Below, one piece after another: positions 42,167 to 56,466 of a stretch of 64,000 nt of DNA (within the stretch, counting starts at the first letter, position 1; every line of letters starts with the position of its first letter). Source of the stretch: Geopsychrobacteraceae bacterium (GTDB lineage Bacteria; Desulfobacterota; Desulfuromonadia; Desulfuromonadales; Geopsychrobacteraceae); NCBI GenBank assembly GCA_963676795.2, contig CAXXTB010000001.1, positions 832,001 through 896,000 of the forward strand, read 5' to 3'. The notes below the pieces were generated by a model. It made no database searches. It was not told where the DNA came from and was given only the letters and a program-made list of their open reading frames with translations. The position numbers and the translations under genes were made by a program.

Positions 42167-42660
42167 CGCTCTTTCCGCTGCTGAACGGATTGCTGGTAGG
42201 TTCGATCGAGCTCGGTCAGAAGCTTGTCGACATCCTTTTGGCGATGGTAAGAATCCTTCGATTTTTCCGTCAGATGGCGGGTGCCTTTGATGTCGCTTTC
42301 CTGCAGAGAAAACGCCCAACCGCCGAGCTGGCGCGAAATCTTGCGCGCTAGCAATTTCAAATCTGAAATTTGAGATTTGAGATGATCGAATGGCTTCAGC
42401 CTTTCGATTACATGGCAGATGGAGCGAACCTCTCCGGCGGAGCCTTTGGCGTAATAGAGAAACTGGATCAGTTCCGGCGTGGTCCCACGCTCGAACCCTT
42501 CGGCGATATTGTTCGGAACCGACAGCGCCGCCCGCTGCAGCTGGTTGGCGATATCGCCGCGACCGTGGAAAGAGCGATCTTCAGTCACCTGAAAGACCCG
42601 GGTTGTCAGGGTGATGCCATCCTTCCAGACCGGAACGTCTTCAAAGTTTTCATACTTCAT
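42163..42660 (-). CDS. Four-helix-bundle protein (23S rRNA IVS-protein-like)
   Basis: FEDVPVWK, QLQRAALSVPNNIAEGFERG, FLYYAKGSAGEVRS. Confidence 0.88.
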   Translation of the reverse strand: MKYENFEDVPVWKDGITLTTRVFQVTEDRSFHGRGDIANQLQRAALSVPNNIAEGFERGTTPELIQFLYYAKGSAGEVRSICHVIERLKPFDHLKSQISDLKLLARKISRQLGGWAFSLQESDIKGTRHLTEKSKDSYHRQKDVDKLLTELDRTYQQSVQQRKER

Positions 42661-42692
42661 CGTTTCCCCTCCGCGGTAGCCACCGCTACCGC

Positions 42693-42768
42693 GATTTCAG
42701 ATTTGAAATCTCAGATCTCAGATCGCCAACGGCGTCACTGTGAAATATGAAATCTGAGATTTGAGATC
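42693..42768. repeat. Heptamer-period arrays upstream of the four-helix gene (also inside it at 42353-42384)
   Basis: GATTTCAGATTTGAAATCTCAGATCTCAGATC and TGAAATATGAAATCTGAGATTTGAGATC. Confidence 0.8.
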
Positions 42769-42856
42769 GGGTTCAGTTCGTAATAGTCCAGTCGCAAGTT
42801 GATATGCAAGGGTGGGTACAAATTGTCCCCACCCCTTTAGCCCATTTATTCTGATT

Positions 42857-43723
42857 TTATAGAAGTTTAAGAACTTCAACACCTGCCGGAGCCTGCCCAA
42901 TCGTTACGTTATAATCCTTGAACGACCTAGCCGGACCTTCGGTGTGGTTGTTGCGCTGAATGTCGATCAGATCGAACAGCTTATGCGCCGGAGCATTACC
43001 GAGCTTATCCTGATGTTTGAAAACAATCAGTTTCTGGCTGCTCATCAATCCCCGCGCAGCCGAGCGGTCATGCTCGAACATGTTAATCAGGGCATTCCAG
43101 AGCAGCTCCAGATCCTCCTCAGAAAAACCGGTTTTCTCAGCCAATGGAGCAGATATAAAACCCTGAGCGACATACAGCCCATAGGGAACAATATGTTTGC
43201 GGCCCATGGTTCGTTCTTTCTCCAGATCTTCTTCTTTTGTCACTGCCATACGGGTGATACTGATTTCCTGCGAAAGGATCGGCTCAACACTTTTGGCAAA
43301 AGCCAACTGCACCGGCCCGCGAACCTGACCGCAGTTAACCTCAGTCGTCATAACAGCGCCGAAACTACGAATATCATAGAAATTTTCACACATCCATTTT
43401 GTCACAGCCTGTGCTTCTTCAACTTTTTTTGGTAGCTTTTTCCCTTTTCTATCGGGAGTTAAATTATAGGCTTTGTAGGCCAATTCGTTGGTGCGATTGA
43501 GTACCGCCTTCTCCTGCACATAGATATTGAATCCTTCTCCCCCCTCTTTGGCCAGTGCCACATGGTTGCGGATCTTGCGCTTCAGACAAACATCGGTCAC
43601 CAGTCCATGTCCGGTTTCAGGATCAATGCGAGGCATATTGCCGGCATCTGGATCGCCGTTGGGGTTGCCGTTTTGAACATCGAACAATAGAGCGAATTCG
43701 TAGCGATTAGAAATAGCAGTCAT
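42857..43723 (-). CDS. cas7: Type I-C Cas7 (Csd2)
   Basis: NGNPNGDPDAGNMPR, DVCLKRKIRN, GQVRGPVQ, MFEHDRSAARG. Confidence 0.97.
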   Translation of the reverse strand: MTAISNRYEFALLFDVQNGNPNGDPDAGNMPRIDPETGHGLVTDVCLKRKIRNHVALAKEGGEGFNIYVQEKAVLNRTNELAYKAYNLTPDRKGKKLPKKVEEAQAVTKWMCENFYDIRSFGAVMTTEVNCGQVRGPVQLAFAKSVEPILSQEISITRMAVTKEEDLEKERTMGRKHIVPYGLYVAQGFISAPLAEKTGFSEEDLELLWNALINMFEHDRSAARGLMSSQKLIVFKHQDKLGNAPAHKLFDLIDIQRNNHTEGPARSFKDYNVTIGQAPAGVEVLKLL

Positions 43724-43725
43724 GA

Positions 43726-48514
<4,789 letters not shown>

Positions 48515-48730
48515 CACTCCTCCTGCAAAAACAGCTACCAAGACCATAAAAGAGAAATGTTACCACTCAATTACAGAAATGCCCTCCTGTCATTTTAAGA
48601 CGTTCGGCATTTGCTCAGTTGGATTCGCAACGCTAGTTTTTTCTGGCTGTGTGACAGAATAAGTCACGATGATGGGTTTTTGTGATGGGTAAACCAAAGG
48701 AAGTTGCTGGCCGTGCCCCTACGATCTGGG

Positions 48731-49615
48731 TTACCCCTTCCTCCCCCTAATCCTCTGGCAAAGCAACCCCGCAACAATCAGGATCAGGCCGATAAAGGTG
48801 GATGGCAGGATTCTTTCTCCTACCAGCAGGTAGATGAAAATCAGCGAGAGAAAGGGGGAGAGGAAGATCAGGTTGCTGATTCTGGCCGTGTTGTCGGTCA
48901 GTTTGAGGGCCATCAGCCAGAGGACGAAACAGATCCCCATTTCAAAGAAGCCGACGTAGATCGCTCCCCATAAACCGGCCAAGGGTGGCAGGTGAACGGG
49001 CTCAGTCAGCAGATAATAGATAAAGATCAACGGCAGGCCGAAGGCAAAATTGATGAACAGGGCGACGATCGGGTCACGCCGGTCGCGGGTGTTGAAGATC
49101 CAGTAGAGAGCCCAGAGGACGGTGCTGCCCAGCGCCAGGGCGACGCCTGTGGCCGAGCTGAACTGCAGGCTGAACGGGTGCCCTTCGGTTGAGATGATCA
49201 CCACTCCGCAGTAGCTGATGACCAGGGCCAGCCATTGCTGCCACTTGATTTTCTGCTTGAGCAGCGGGACGGCGAGCAGCGACAGGGTGATCGCCCAGGT
49301 GTAATTGAGTGGTTGGGCCTGCTGCGCCGGGAGAAGGTCATAGGCCTTGAACAGTACCAGGTAATAGAGGAAGGGGTTGAGCGCGCCGAGCAGCAGGGAG
49401 AGCAGATAGTCCTTTTTGTTGCCGGTGAAAACCTGCCCGAATTTGCCCTGGATGACCAGGATGCCCGCAAGGACAAAGGTGGAGACCAGGGCCGAATAGA
49501 GCAGCAGTTCCACCGGAGTCAGATAGCGCAGCGAGAGTTTGAAGGCCGTCGCGACTGTCGACCAGAGCAGGACTGTGCACAAGGCGTAGCAGAGTGCTTT
49601 GGTTTGCCGGGTCAT
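48731..49615 (-). CDS. DMT/EamA family transporter
   Basis: About ten TM segments, LWSTVATAFK, AQPLNYTW. Confidence 0.88.
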   Translation of the reverse strand: MTRQTKALCYALCTVLLWSTVATAFKLSLRYLTPVELLLYSALVSTFVLAGILVIQGKFGQVFTGNKKDYLLSLLLGALNPFLYYLVLFKAYDLLPAQQAQPLNYTWAITLSLLAVPLLKQKIKWQQWLALVISYCGVVIISTEGHPFSLQFSSATGVALALGSTVLWALYWIFNTRDRRDPIVALFINFAFGLPLIFIYYLLTEPVHLPPLAGLWGAIYVGFFEMGICFVLWLMALKLTDNTARISNLIFLSPFLSLIFIYLLVGERILPSTFIGLILIVAGLLCQRIRGRKG

Positions 49616-50502
49616 AGGGCGCGTCGCGTTCTGCGTCTGAGAATCAGGATGACCAGACCGAGGAAGATCAGCAGGATACCGCAGGCTGCGCTGCTGTTGA
49701 GTTTTTCCCCCAGGACCAGGACCCCGAGGGTGGCGGCCGTCATCGGTTCGGCCAGCGTAAGGGTTGTTGCCGTCGAAACCTGTACCGTCTGCAGTCCCCT
49801 GGCAAAGAACCAGTAGGAGAGGGCCATGGTCGCCAGCCCCAGGTGGAGAACGACGAGCAGGGATCTTGGCTGGAAAAGCCAGCTTGTATCGAGCTGGATC
49901 AGCGCCGGCAGGAGGAAGATTGCGCCCCCGCAGGTCATGACCGCAATCACGGCGTTGGGTGTCTGGACGCGCAGGATCTTTTTGATCATCAGCGTGTAGA
50001 GCGCATAGGATGCCCCGGCGGCAATGGCCAGCAGGATACCGATCAGGTCGACATCGATATCCGCTCCGCCGAGTGAGAGGAAGGCGCAGCCGGCAATGGC
50101 CAGCAGGGTGGCGAAAAACCAGCGCCGCCCTGGTTTTTCCCTGAGGCCGATCCAGCCGAACAGTCCGCCGGCAATCGGGGCACTGCCGATACCGACGATG
50201 GTGCCGACCGCGACACCGGTGCGTGCGACAGCCGAAAAGAAACAGACCTGGTAGGCCGCTGTAAATAGCGAACCGATGACAACCGCCAGTAGAGGCCAGT
50301 CTTTCAGTTTGCCCAGCTCTTTGCGCCGGATGACCAGAATCAGCAGGGCCAGACCACCGATCAGCAGGCGTAGCGCGCCGATGACCTTCGGATCGAAGCC
50401 GGAGGGAGCGAAAGCCTGGGCCGTGCCGGTCGTTCCCCAGAGAAACGCGGCCGCGATGATCAGCCAGGGGCCATGGTTTTTGTCAGATTGGCTAGATAGC
50501 AT
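49612..50502 (-). CDS. EamA family transporter
   Basis: LWGTTGTAQ, TGVAVGT, LAEPMTA, LGEKL. Confidence 0.88.
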   Translation of the reverse strand: MLSSQSDKNHGPWLIIAAAFLWGTTGTAQAFAPSGFDPKVIGALRLLIGGLALLILVIRRKELGKLKDWPLLAVVIGSLFTAAYQVCFFSAVARTGVAVGTIVGIGSAPIAGGLFGWIGLREKPGRRWFFATLLAIAGCAFLSLGGADIDVDLIGILLAIAAGASYALYTLMIKKILRVQTPNAVIAVMTCGGAIFLLPALIQLDTSWLFQPRSLLVVLHLGLATMALSYWFFARGLQTVQVSTATTLTLAEPMTAATLGVLVLGEKLNSSAACGILLIFLGLVILILRRRTRRAL

Positions 50503-50507
50503 AAGGG

Positions 50508-51836
50508 TCACCGGGGGGTGGCGCGAAATAGCGGCAGTTGTTTGTGGAGCGGCCACTGCAGGGCCGCCATCGCCAGCAGGCGGCCGCTGACATAGGCGAT
50601 CGATGCAGCGACAGCTCCGGCCAACGGGGAATATAGCACCAGGATGGCCAGGACAGCGAATATTCCGACAGCTTCCAACCCCGATATCCAGGACACCGGC
50701 TTGGTCTTGCGGGTGACGATCAGCAGCGAGCGCTGCATGCAGATCATGACCGTAGTCGCCGGAAAGATGACGTTGATTTGCAGCGGCAGCAGGGCGAACT
50801 CGGTCAACTCCAGGCTTAAGCCGGAGAGGTTATGGAACCACAGCCGGCTCAAGGGGGTGAAGGCAATCAGGCCGAGGATGACAAAAACCGTGAGCGCCAG
50901 TCCTGACGCGAAGTTTCTGATCAGGCGGTAGTTGGCTCTGTTCTCGCTCAAGAAGGAGATGGCGACCTCCTGGTAGGAGAGGCCAAGCGCCCGAAAAATG
51001 AAGGTCAGTCCGTAGATGACCGGCATGACTGCCAATGATTCCAGGGCGAAAAGACTTTTGCCGAGAAAAAAGGTGACCATCGGGTGAACGGCCAGGGCGA
51101 TAAAGGGGGTTAGCGCCAGCGGCAGATAGTAATCGCCGATGTCACGATAGCTCATCAGCGCTGTGCCCTCAGGCAGATCTCTGGATAAAACCTGCCTGAC
51201 CGCGTGGCGGGCCAGGTAGCGGGTCAGCAGGGCTTCGGCCGTGACACCGCAGGAGAGCGCCAGGGCGCCGATCGAGGCGCCGTTCGGCTGGCTGAAATGA
51301 AAACAGATCATGGCGGTAGAAGCCATGACCGTCAGGCGCAGCACGGTGGCGAAGGCGACCCGCCTGGTCTTGTGCGCTGAGATCAGCAGCCCCTGATAGA
51401 AACGCCGGACACCGATCATGCCGGGCCAGGCCAACAGGCAGATCAGCGCGCCATGGGTGATTGACGCAATATTGTCAGGCAGCCCGAGAACAGTGCGGAT
51501 GATCAGGTTGAAGACCGGGGGGAGCAGGAAGATGATCATTACCAGGGTGACCGCCAGGCTCAGGAACAGGGAAAAATTGCGTAACTTCTGGTAGTGCAGG
51601 CGATCACGGCAGAGCGCCGTGCTGGCACTCATCAGCATGATGACCGGCGATTCCATGACCAGGGCAAAGGCGAAGGCCACACCGTAGGCGGCCAGATTCT
51701 CTTTTTCCGCTCCCAGGCGGGCAATGATCGCCGCGATGTAGGGGCCTTCGACGGACATCATGATCCAGGTGGCCGCCAGCGGCAGCCAGAAGCGAAAGAT
51801 TTGTTTGTAACTTGTAGTCGGCGCTGTTTCGGTCAT
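50508..51836 (-). CDS. MATE-superfamily-like multi-pass membrane protein
   Basis: About twelve TM segments, FWLPLAATW, RRFYQGLLI. Confidence 0.65.
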   Translation of the reverse strand: MTETAPTTSYKQIFRFWLPLAATWIMMSVEGPYIAAIIARLGAEKENLAAYGVAFAFALVMESPVIMLMSASTALCRDRLHYQKLRNFSLFLSLAVTLVMIIFLLPPVFNLIIRTVLGLPDNIASITHGALICLLAWPGMIGVRRFYQGLLISAHKTRRVAFATVLRLTVMASTAMICFHFSQPNGASIGALALSCGVTAEALLTRYLARHAVRQVLSRDLPEGTALMSYRDIGDYYLPLALTPFIALAVHPMVTFFLGKSLFALESLAVMPVIYGLTFIFRALGLSYQEVAISFLSENRANYRLIRNFASGLALTVFVILGLIAFTPLSRLWFHNLSGLSLELTEFALLPLQINVIFPATTVMICMQRSLLIVTRKTKPVSWISGLEAVGIFAVLAILVLYSPLAGAVAASIAYVSGRLLAMAALQWPLHKQLPLFRATPR

Positions 51837-51997
51837 GAGATCATTGATTTGGAAGCTGTTGAATACTGGCTCTGATTCAAGTGGGACAGGAGGCTGACAG
51901 GACACTAGCCCATTTAGACTCCCTTATAAAGGGTAATTTGCGCAGCGCTGCACAAATATCTGGATATTTTTCACACGGATTGCTAACCTTAAGTGAA

Positions 51998-52140
51998 CTA
52001 TTCTCAGGGCGGGGTGCGATTCCCCACCGGCGGTAACCCGATTCTGTTCGGGAAGCCCGCGAGCGCCTTCAGTGTCTGAAGGGTCAGCAGATCTGGTGCG
52101 ATTCCAGAGCCGACGGTCATAGTCCGGATGAAAGAGGATA
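51998..52140 (+). ncRNA. FMN riboswitch (RFN element)
   Basis: AGGGCGGGGTG-ATTCCCCACCGGCGGT...AGCCCGCGAGC...GAGCCGACGGT-ATAGTCCGGATGAAAGAG upstream of ribB. Confidence 0.97.
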
Positions 52141-52225
52141 GGCCAGAAACGACCCTGTCATTGTGATTTCCGTTCTTGCCTGTCTCAACGCCCTGATTCA
52201 TGACCACATTTTACGGAGTAATGAC

Positions 52226-52885
52226 ATGAATCAGTCTAACTGCCAGTTGTTTGGAACCCCTTTCCAGCGTGTTGAACGCGCCCTGACCGCACTGCGTAAC
52301 GGTGGCGGTGTCCTGGTGACCGATGATGAGGACCGGGAAAACGAAGGGGATATTATCTATTCGACCGATTTTCTGACCAAGGAGCAGATGGCCCTGCTGA
52401 TCCGCGAATGCAGCGGCATCGTCTGCCTCTGCCTGACCGAAGAGAAGATCGAGCAGCTGGGGTTGCCGATGATGGTGGAAGCCAACAACAGCCAGTACGG
52501 CACGGCTTTCACTGTGACGATCGAAGCGGCTCAAGGCGTGACCACCGGTGTTTCGGCAGCAGACCGTGTAGCGACCATCAAAGCTGCCGCGGCAGCTGAT
52601 GCCAAACCTGAAGATCTGCACAGCCCCGGCCATGTGTTTCCATTGCGAGCTCGCAACGGAGGCGTTCTGGAGCGGCGCGGACATACCGAGGCGACCGTCG
52701 ATCTGATGCGCCTCGCCGGTCTGAGCCCTTCCGGGGTGCTCTGTGAGGTGACCCTGCCGAACGGCGAAATGGCCCGCCTGCCCGACCTGATCAAGTTCTC
52801 CGAAGCGCGCTACATGCCGCTGGTGACCATCGACGATATCGTTCAGTACCGTCTGGCGCAGCAGGAGCAGCGCGAAGTCATTTAG
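52226..52885 (+). CDS. ribB: 3,4-dihydroxy-2-butanone-4-phosphate synthase
   Basis: [33 protein letters not shown]. Confidence 0.96.
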   Translation: MNQSNCQLFGTPFQRVERALTALRNGGGVLVTDDEDRENEGDIIYSTDFLTKEQMALLIRECSGIVCLCLTEEKIEQLGLPMMVEANNSQYGTAFTVTIEAAQGVTTGVSAADRVATIKAAAAADAKPEDLHSPGHVFPLRARNGGVLERRGHTEATVDLMRLAGLSPSGVLCEVTLPNGEMARLPDLIKFSEARYMPLVTIDDIVQYRLAQQEQREVI

Positions 52886-52894
52886 TTTTCAGTC

Positions 52895-53014
52895 GGAAAC
52901 GGCCCTTTTCCGCCGTGGCGACGTCAATCTGCTGGTTTGCTTGTGCGGCGTAAAGCACTACGCCTCCGCACAAACCTTTGATTTCCTTGCCACAACGAAA
53001 AATTGCTCGTTTCC
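52895..53014. repeat. About 120-bp imperfect long-hairpin element after ribB
   Basis: GGAAACG...CGTTTCC ends; GGTTTG/CAAACC and GGCGTA/TACGCC inner stems. Confidence 0.6.
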
Positions 53015-53055
53015 AATCTGAAAACTTATGAAAACGCCGCAACGCGGAGCTTTTC

Positions 53056-53439
53056 CGGTTCTGCCCATTAGATAAGCGAAGCTTATCGTCGGGCGCGTTG
53101 TCAGATGCTGGTGTGTGCCTACGAAGAGATGCAGGCATAAAAATGACATATTAATTAAAGAGCCATTTTTGCTTCCTTTTTGGGGCTCCGGCCAAAAAGG
53201 AAGGCGGCATTCGGGGCCGCGACCCCGTGGTCTTGATTTTTTCTTTAAAAAGCATAAATCAAAATCGCCGGTTTTCGCACCGGCAGGCGACACACTTTTC
53301 TTTGGTCGCAAAGAAAAGTGTGCAAAAGAAACTTTTTGAAAACACTGACGTAAGCCGTTCTGGTCGACTACAAGCGGCTCGCACCAGCCAGACGGAAGGC
53401 GCCCAACGATGAGCTGCGCTCATCTGACGGGCAGAACCG
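53056..53439. mobile_element. MITE-like palindromic element with about 58-bp imperfect terminal inverted repeats (copy 2 of the structured repeat)
   Basis: Left end GGTTCTGCCCATTAGATAAGC; reverse complement of right end GGTTCTGCCCGTCAGATGAGC; no coding capacity. Confidence 0.65.
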
Positions 53440-53440
53440 A

Positions 53441-53480
53441 AATACCGGCACAGCGATTTCTCGCTGTGCCGGTATTTTAT
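53441..53480. terminator. Strong hairpin terminator
   Basis: AATACCGGCACAGCGA-TTTC-TCGCTGTGCCGGTATT. Confidence 0.8.
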
Positions 53481-54149
53481 TTAGAGGAACTGCTGATAGT
53501 ACTGCGGGCTTTTGCCGATCATCTTCGGTTTGGCCTTGGCCATGGCGACCTTGGCCTGCTGGGTGATGATATTCCAGTCTCCCGCCGCGATCTGTTGTTT
53601 GGTTGCGATCCAGAAAGCTCCGACATTGGCGACGATCGGCATGGTCAGATAGTCATTCATGTTGTGGATATTGACCCCGCCAAACGCCGAAAACCTGACA
53701 TCGTAGCCGTTACAGGGTTCGGACAGAGCTTTTAGCATGTTGAGCCCGCCCGCCATTTCGGCCGGAAAGAAGATCTGCAACTGACAGCCGAGTTCCAGTG
53801 CCAGTTCAACCTCCGAGGGGGTCATGATGCTGGGGAAGAAAATGACGCCCTGCTCCTTGAAATAGTTAACGACCTTGGGGTTGAGCCCTGGCGATGAGGC
53901 AAAACAGGCGCCGGCATCGATGACCGGTTTTGCTCTTTCGACAGACAACACCGCCCCTGAACCGACCAGCATGTCGGGAAGTGCTTCTCGGATGGTGCTG
54001 ATCGCCTGGGCTGTGGCACCGGTTCTCGAGGTGATCTTGACGATGTCGATGCCGCCTTCGAGCAGCGCTTCTGCCAGGGGAATTGCAGAGTCTGCATCGT
54101 CCAGATTGACAATCGGGATTACGGGACGTTGGACTATTTGTTCTAACAT
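53481..54149 (-). CDS. KDPG/KHG aldolase paralog lacking catalytic residues
   Basis: Collinear with eda at 56467-57096, but reads IVKITSRT, LQIFFPA and FSAFGG. Confidence 0.8.
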   Translation of the reverse strand: MLEQIVQRPVIPIVNLDDADSAIPLAEALLEGGIDIVKITSRTGATAQAISTIREALPDMLVGSGAVLSVERAKPVIDAGACFASSPGLNPKVVNYFKEQGVIFFPSIMTPSEVELALELGCQLQIFFPAEMAGGLNMLKALSEPCNGYDVRFSAFGGVNIHNMNDYLTMPIVANVGAFWIATKQQIAAGDWNIITQQAKVAMAKAKPKMIGKSPQYYQQFL

Positions 54150-54443
54150 GGTGAAACCCTCCTTTTGTGGGTGCCCGTAACGCTGCGTCTCCAGCCGGGA
54201 AATCGTGGAGAGCATGTCGTTGATCGCTGATACATACCAATTATAGCAGGACTTAATCTACATGTAACAAGTTACTTGCAATAAGGTTGAGTTTTTTTAC
54301 GTCAGTGGGGAATTGCGGATGGGCAGAGGGCTTTCCTGACAGAAAATCTGCATGACAAGTTGTTGACACTGGATTATATTTGCCCGGATACAGTCCGGGA
54401 ATTTCCGCTATTTTTACCTTCTCCTTTGGAACCAAACTGCCCT

Positions 54444-56375
54444 ATGAATCGCCCTGTACTCAAGATACTGGTTATTGAAGATGATCCTGATCTGCTCGAA
54501 CAGATTACCCAGAATATGGCTGGTGCCATCAATAGCTTTGAGCGGAACGACGTCAGGATAGAGGTTATCGAAGCGGCAACCATCGCCTCGGCCATCAGGC
54601 AGATCGAAAACGACCCGAACATTCAGGCGGTTGTTTTGAGCTGGGATGTCGAGGGCTTCTGCGAGGGAAACCGTGATACAGATGACAAGATTTTCTGCAG
54701 TAACGTCGATATCGTGTCCGCCATCAAAGAGATCCGCGTTTCGGTGCCGATCTATATCCTCGGCAATGAAAACCAGGGGCTGAGCATCATCGATGAGTCG
54801 ATCGATATCGAGTCATTCTTCTTCCGTGATGACATCATTCTCGATCCGGAATCGATCCTCGGCTATATCCTCAACGATTTCGACGATCGCTCCCAGGCGC
54901 CGTTCTGGAAGGCTTACAAGAATTATATCACCGAAACCAACGATTCCTGGCATACCCCGGGGCACTGCGGTGGCCTGAGCTTCAGGAACTCCCCCTATAT
55001 CAACGATTTCTACCACTTTTACGGGCGCAACGTGTTTGTCGGTGACCTGTCCGTGTCGGTCGATTCGCTCGGTTCCCTCACTGAAGGGACCAACGCCATC
55101 GGCAAGGCCCAGGAGGCGGCGGCCTACACCTTCGAGGTGACCAAGACCTATTTCATCACCAACGGTTCGAGTACCTCGAACAAGGTCATTCTGCAGACCC
55201 TGCTGCGCGCCGGTGACAAGGTGATCGTCGACCGCAACTGCCATAAGTCGGTACACTACGGTATCGTTCAGGCCGGCTCTGCGCCGGTTTACTTAAGCAG
55301 TGTGCTGCACCCCGATTACGGCATCTTCGCACCGCCGACCCTGGCGGAGATCCGGGAGACCATAGAACAAAATCCCGATGCCAAGCTGATTGTCCTGACC
55401 GGCTGTACCTACGATGGTCTGCTGTTGGATATCCGGGCGGTGGTCGCCATGGCTCACGCCAAAGGGATCAAGGTCTTTATCGATGAGGCCTGGTTCGCCT
55501 ATTCGCTGTTCCATCCGCGCTTCCGTTATTACTCCGCGATCGATTCCGGTGCCGACTATATCACCCATTCGGCCCACAAGGTCGTTTCGGCTTTCTCGCA
55601 GGCCAGCTATATCCATGTCAACGATCCCGATTTCGATGCGGATTTCTTTCATGAAATCTTCAGTATGTATGTCAGTACCTCGCCCAAGTACCAGATCATC
55701 GCCTCGCTCGATGTCTGTCACAAGCAGCTGGAGATGGAAGGCTACGGCCTGCTCAAGGACCTGCTTGAGCAGGTTGCGGAACTGAAGGAGCAGATGAAGA
55801 ACTTCCGCTATATCAGGATCCTTGGAGTCGAGGATTTTCAGCAAGCCTTTCCGCACTTTGTTGAGGATAACGTCGGCCACGATCCGCTCAAGATCCTCAT
55901 CGATGTCTCCAGGCTCGACTACTCCGTCAACGAGATTCATCGCTATCTGCTTGATGAGATCGGGCTGGAGATCGAAAAAACCACCCACTCGACCATGTTG
56001 GTTCTGCTCACCCTCGGCGGTACCAGGTCCAAGGTCATTCGCCTCTATAATGCCCTTAAGAAGCTGGATCAGAAGAAGGCAGCGATTCCGATCACCCGCA
56101 ACCGGAAAAAGCGTCTGGAGCCGTTGCCGAGAATCACGTTGAATGAACTTCCTGCCAAGGCCTTTTTCGGCGAGCGGGAAAGTGTCAGCTATGAGCATGC
56201 AGTCGGCAGAACGGCGGCCGGACTGGTCACTCCTTACCCGCCGGGTATTCCGATGCTGGTGCCGGGGCAGGCGATCGAGAAAGGCGCGATTACCTATCTG
56301 CGCAGCCTTGTCGCCCAGAACGTGCATATTCAGGGCGTCTATGACGGCGAGATCTATGTTATGAAGGAAGAGTGA
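54444..56375 (+). CDS. Orn/Lys/Arg decarboxylase (PLP-dependent) with an N-terminal receiver-like domain
   Basis: WHTPGH, NGSSTSN, DRNCHKS, DEAW, THSAHK, STSP, PYPPGIP. Confidence 0.9.
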   Translation: MNRPVLKILVIEDDPDLLEQITQNMAGAINSFERNDVRIEVIEAATIASAIRQIENDPNIQAVVLSWDVEGFCEGNRDTDDKIFCSNVDIVSAIKEIRVSVPIYILGNENQGLSIIDESIDIESFFFRDDIILDPESILGYILNDFDDRSQAPFWKAYKNYITETNDSWHTPGHCGGLSFRNSPYINDFYHFYGRNVFVGDLSVSVDSLGSLTEGTNAIGKAQEAAAYTFEVTKTYFITNGSSTSNKVILQTLLRAGDKVIVDRNCHKSVHYGIVQAGSAPVYLSSVLHPDYGIFAPPTLAEIRETIEQNPDAKLIVLTGCTYDGLLLDIRAVVAMAHAKGIKVFIDEAWFAYSLFHPRFRYYSAIDSGADYITHSAHKVVSAFSQASYIHVNDPDFDADFFHEIFSMYVSTSPKYQIIASLDVCHKQLEMEGYGLLKDLLEQVAELKEQMKNFRYIRILGVEDFQQAFPHFVEDNVGHDPLKILIDVSRLDYSVNEIHRYLLDEIGLEIEKTTHSTMLVLLTLGGTRSKVIRLYNALKKLDQKKAAIPITRNRKKRLEPLPRITLNELPAKAFFGERESVSYEHAVGRTAAGLVTPYPPGIPMLVPGQAIEKGAITYLRSLVAQNVHIQGVYDGEIYVMKEE

Positions 56376-56390
56376 AAAAATGTTCTAAAG

Positions 56391-56432
56391 AAAAAGCCCC
56401 CCCCGAAGTAAAAAAATCGGGAGGGCTTTTTT
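56391..56432. terminator. Bidirectional terminator between convergent genes
   Basis: AAAAAGCCC...GGGCTTTTTT. Confidence 0.7.
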
Positions 56433-56466
56433 GTTATCAGTGATCTTTAGGGGGCGGAGACTGGTA

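Noticed and set aside
42163..42660. Diversity-generating retroelement, suggested by the Avd-like fold
   Set aside because: No reverse transcriptase and no template/variable repeat pair seen in the window
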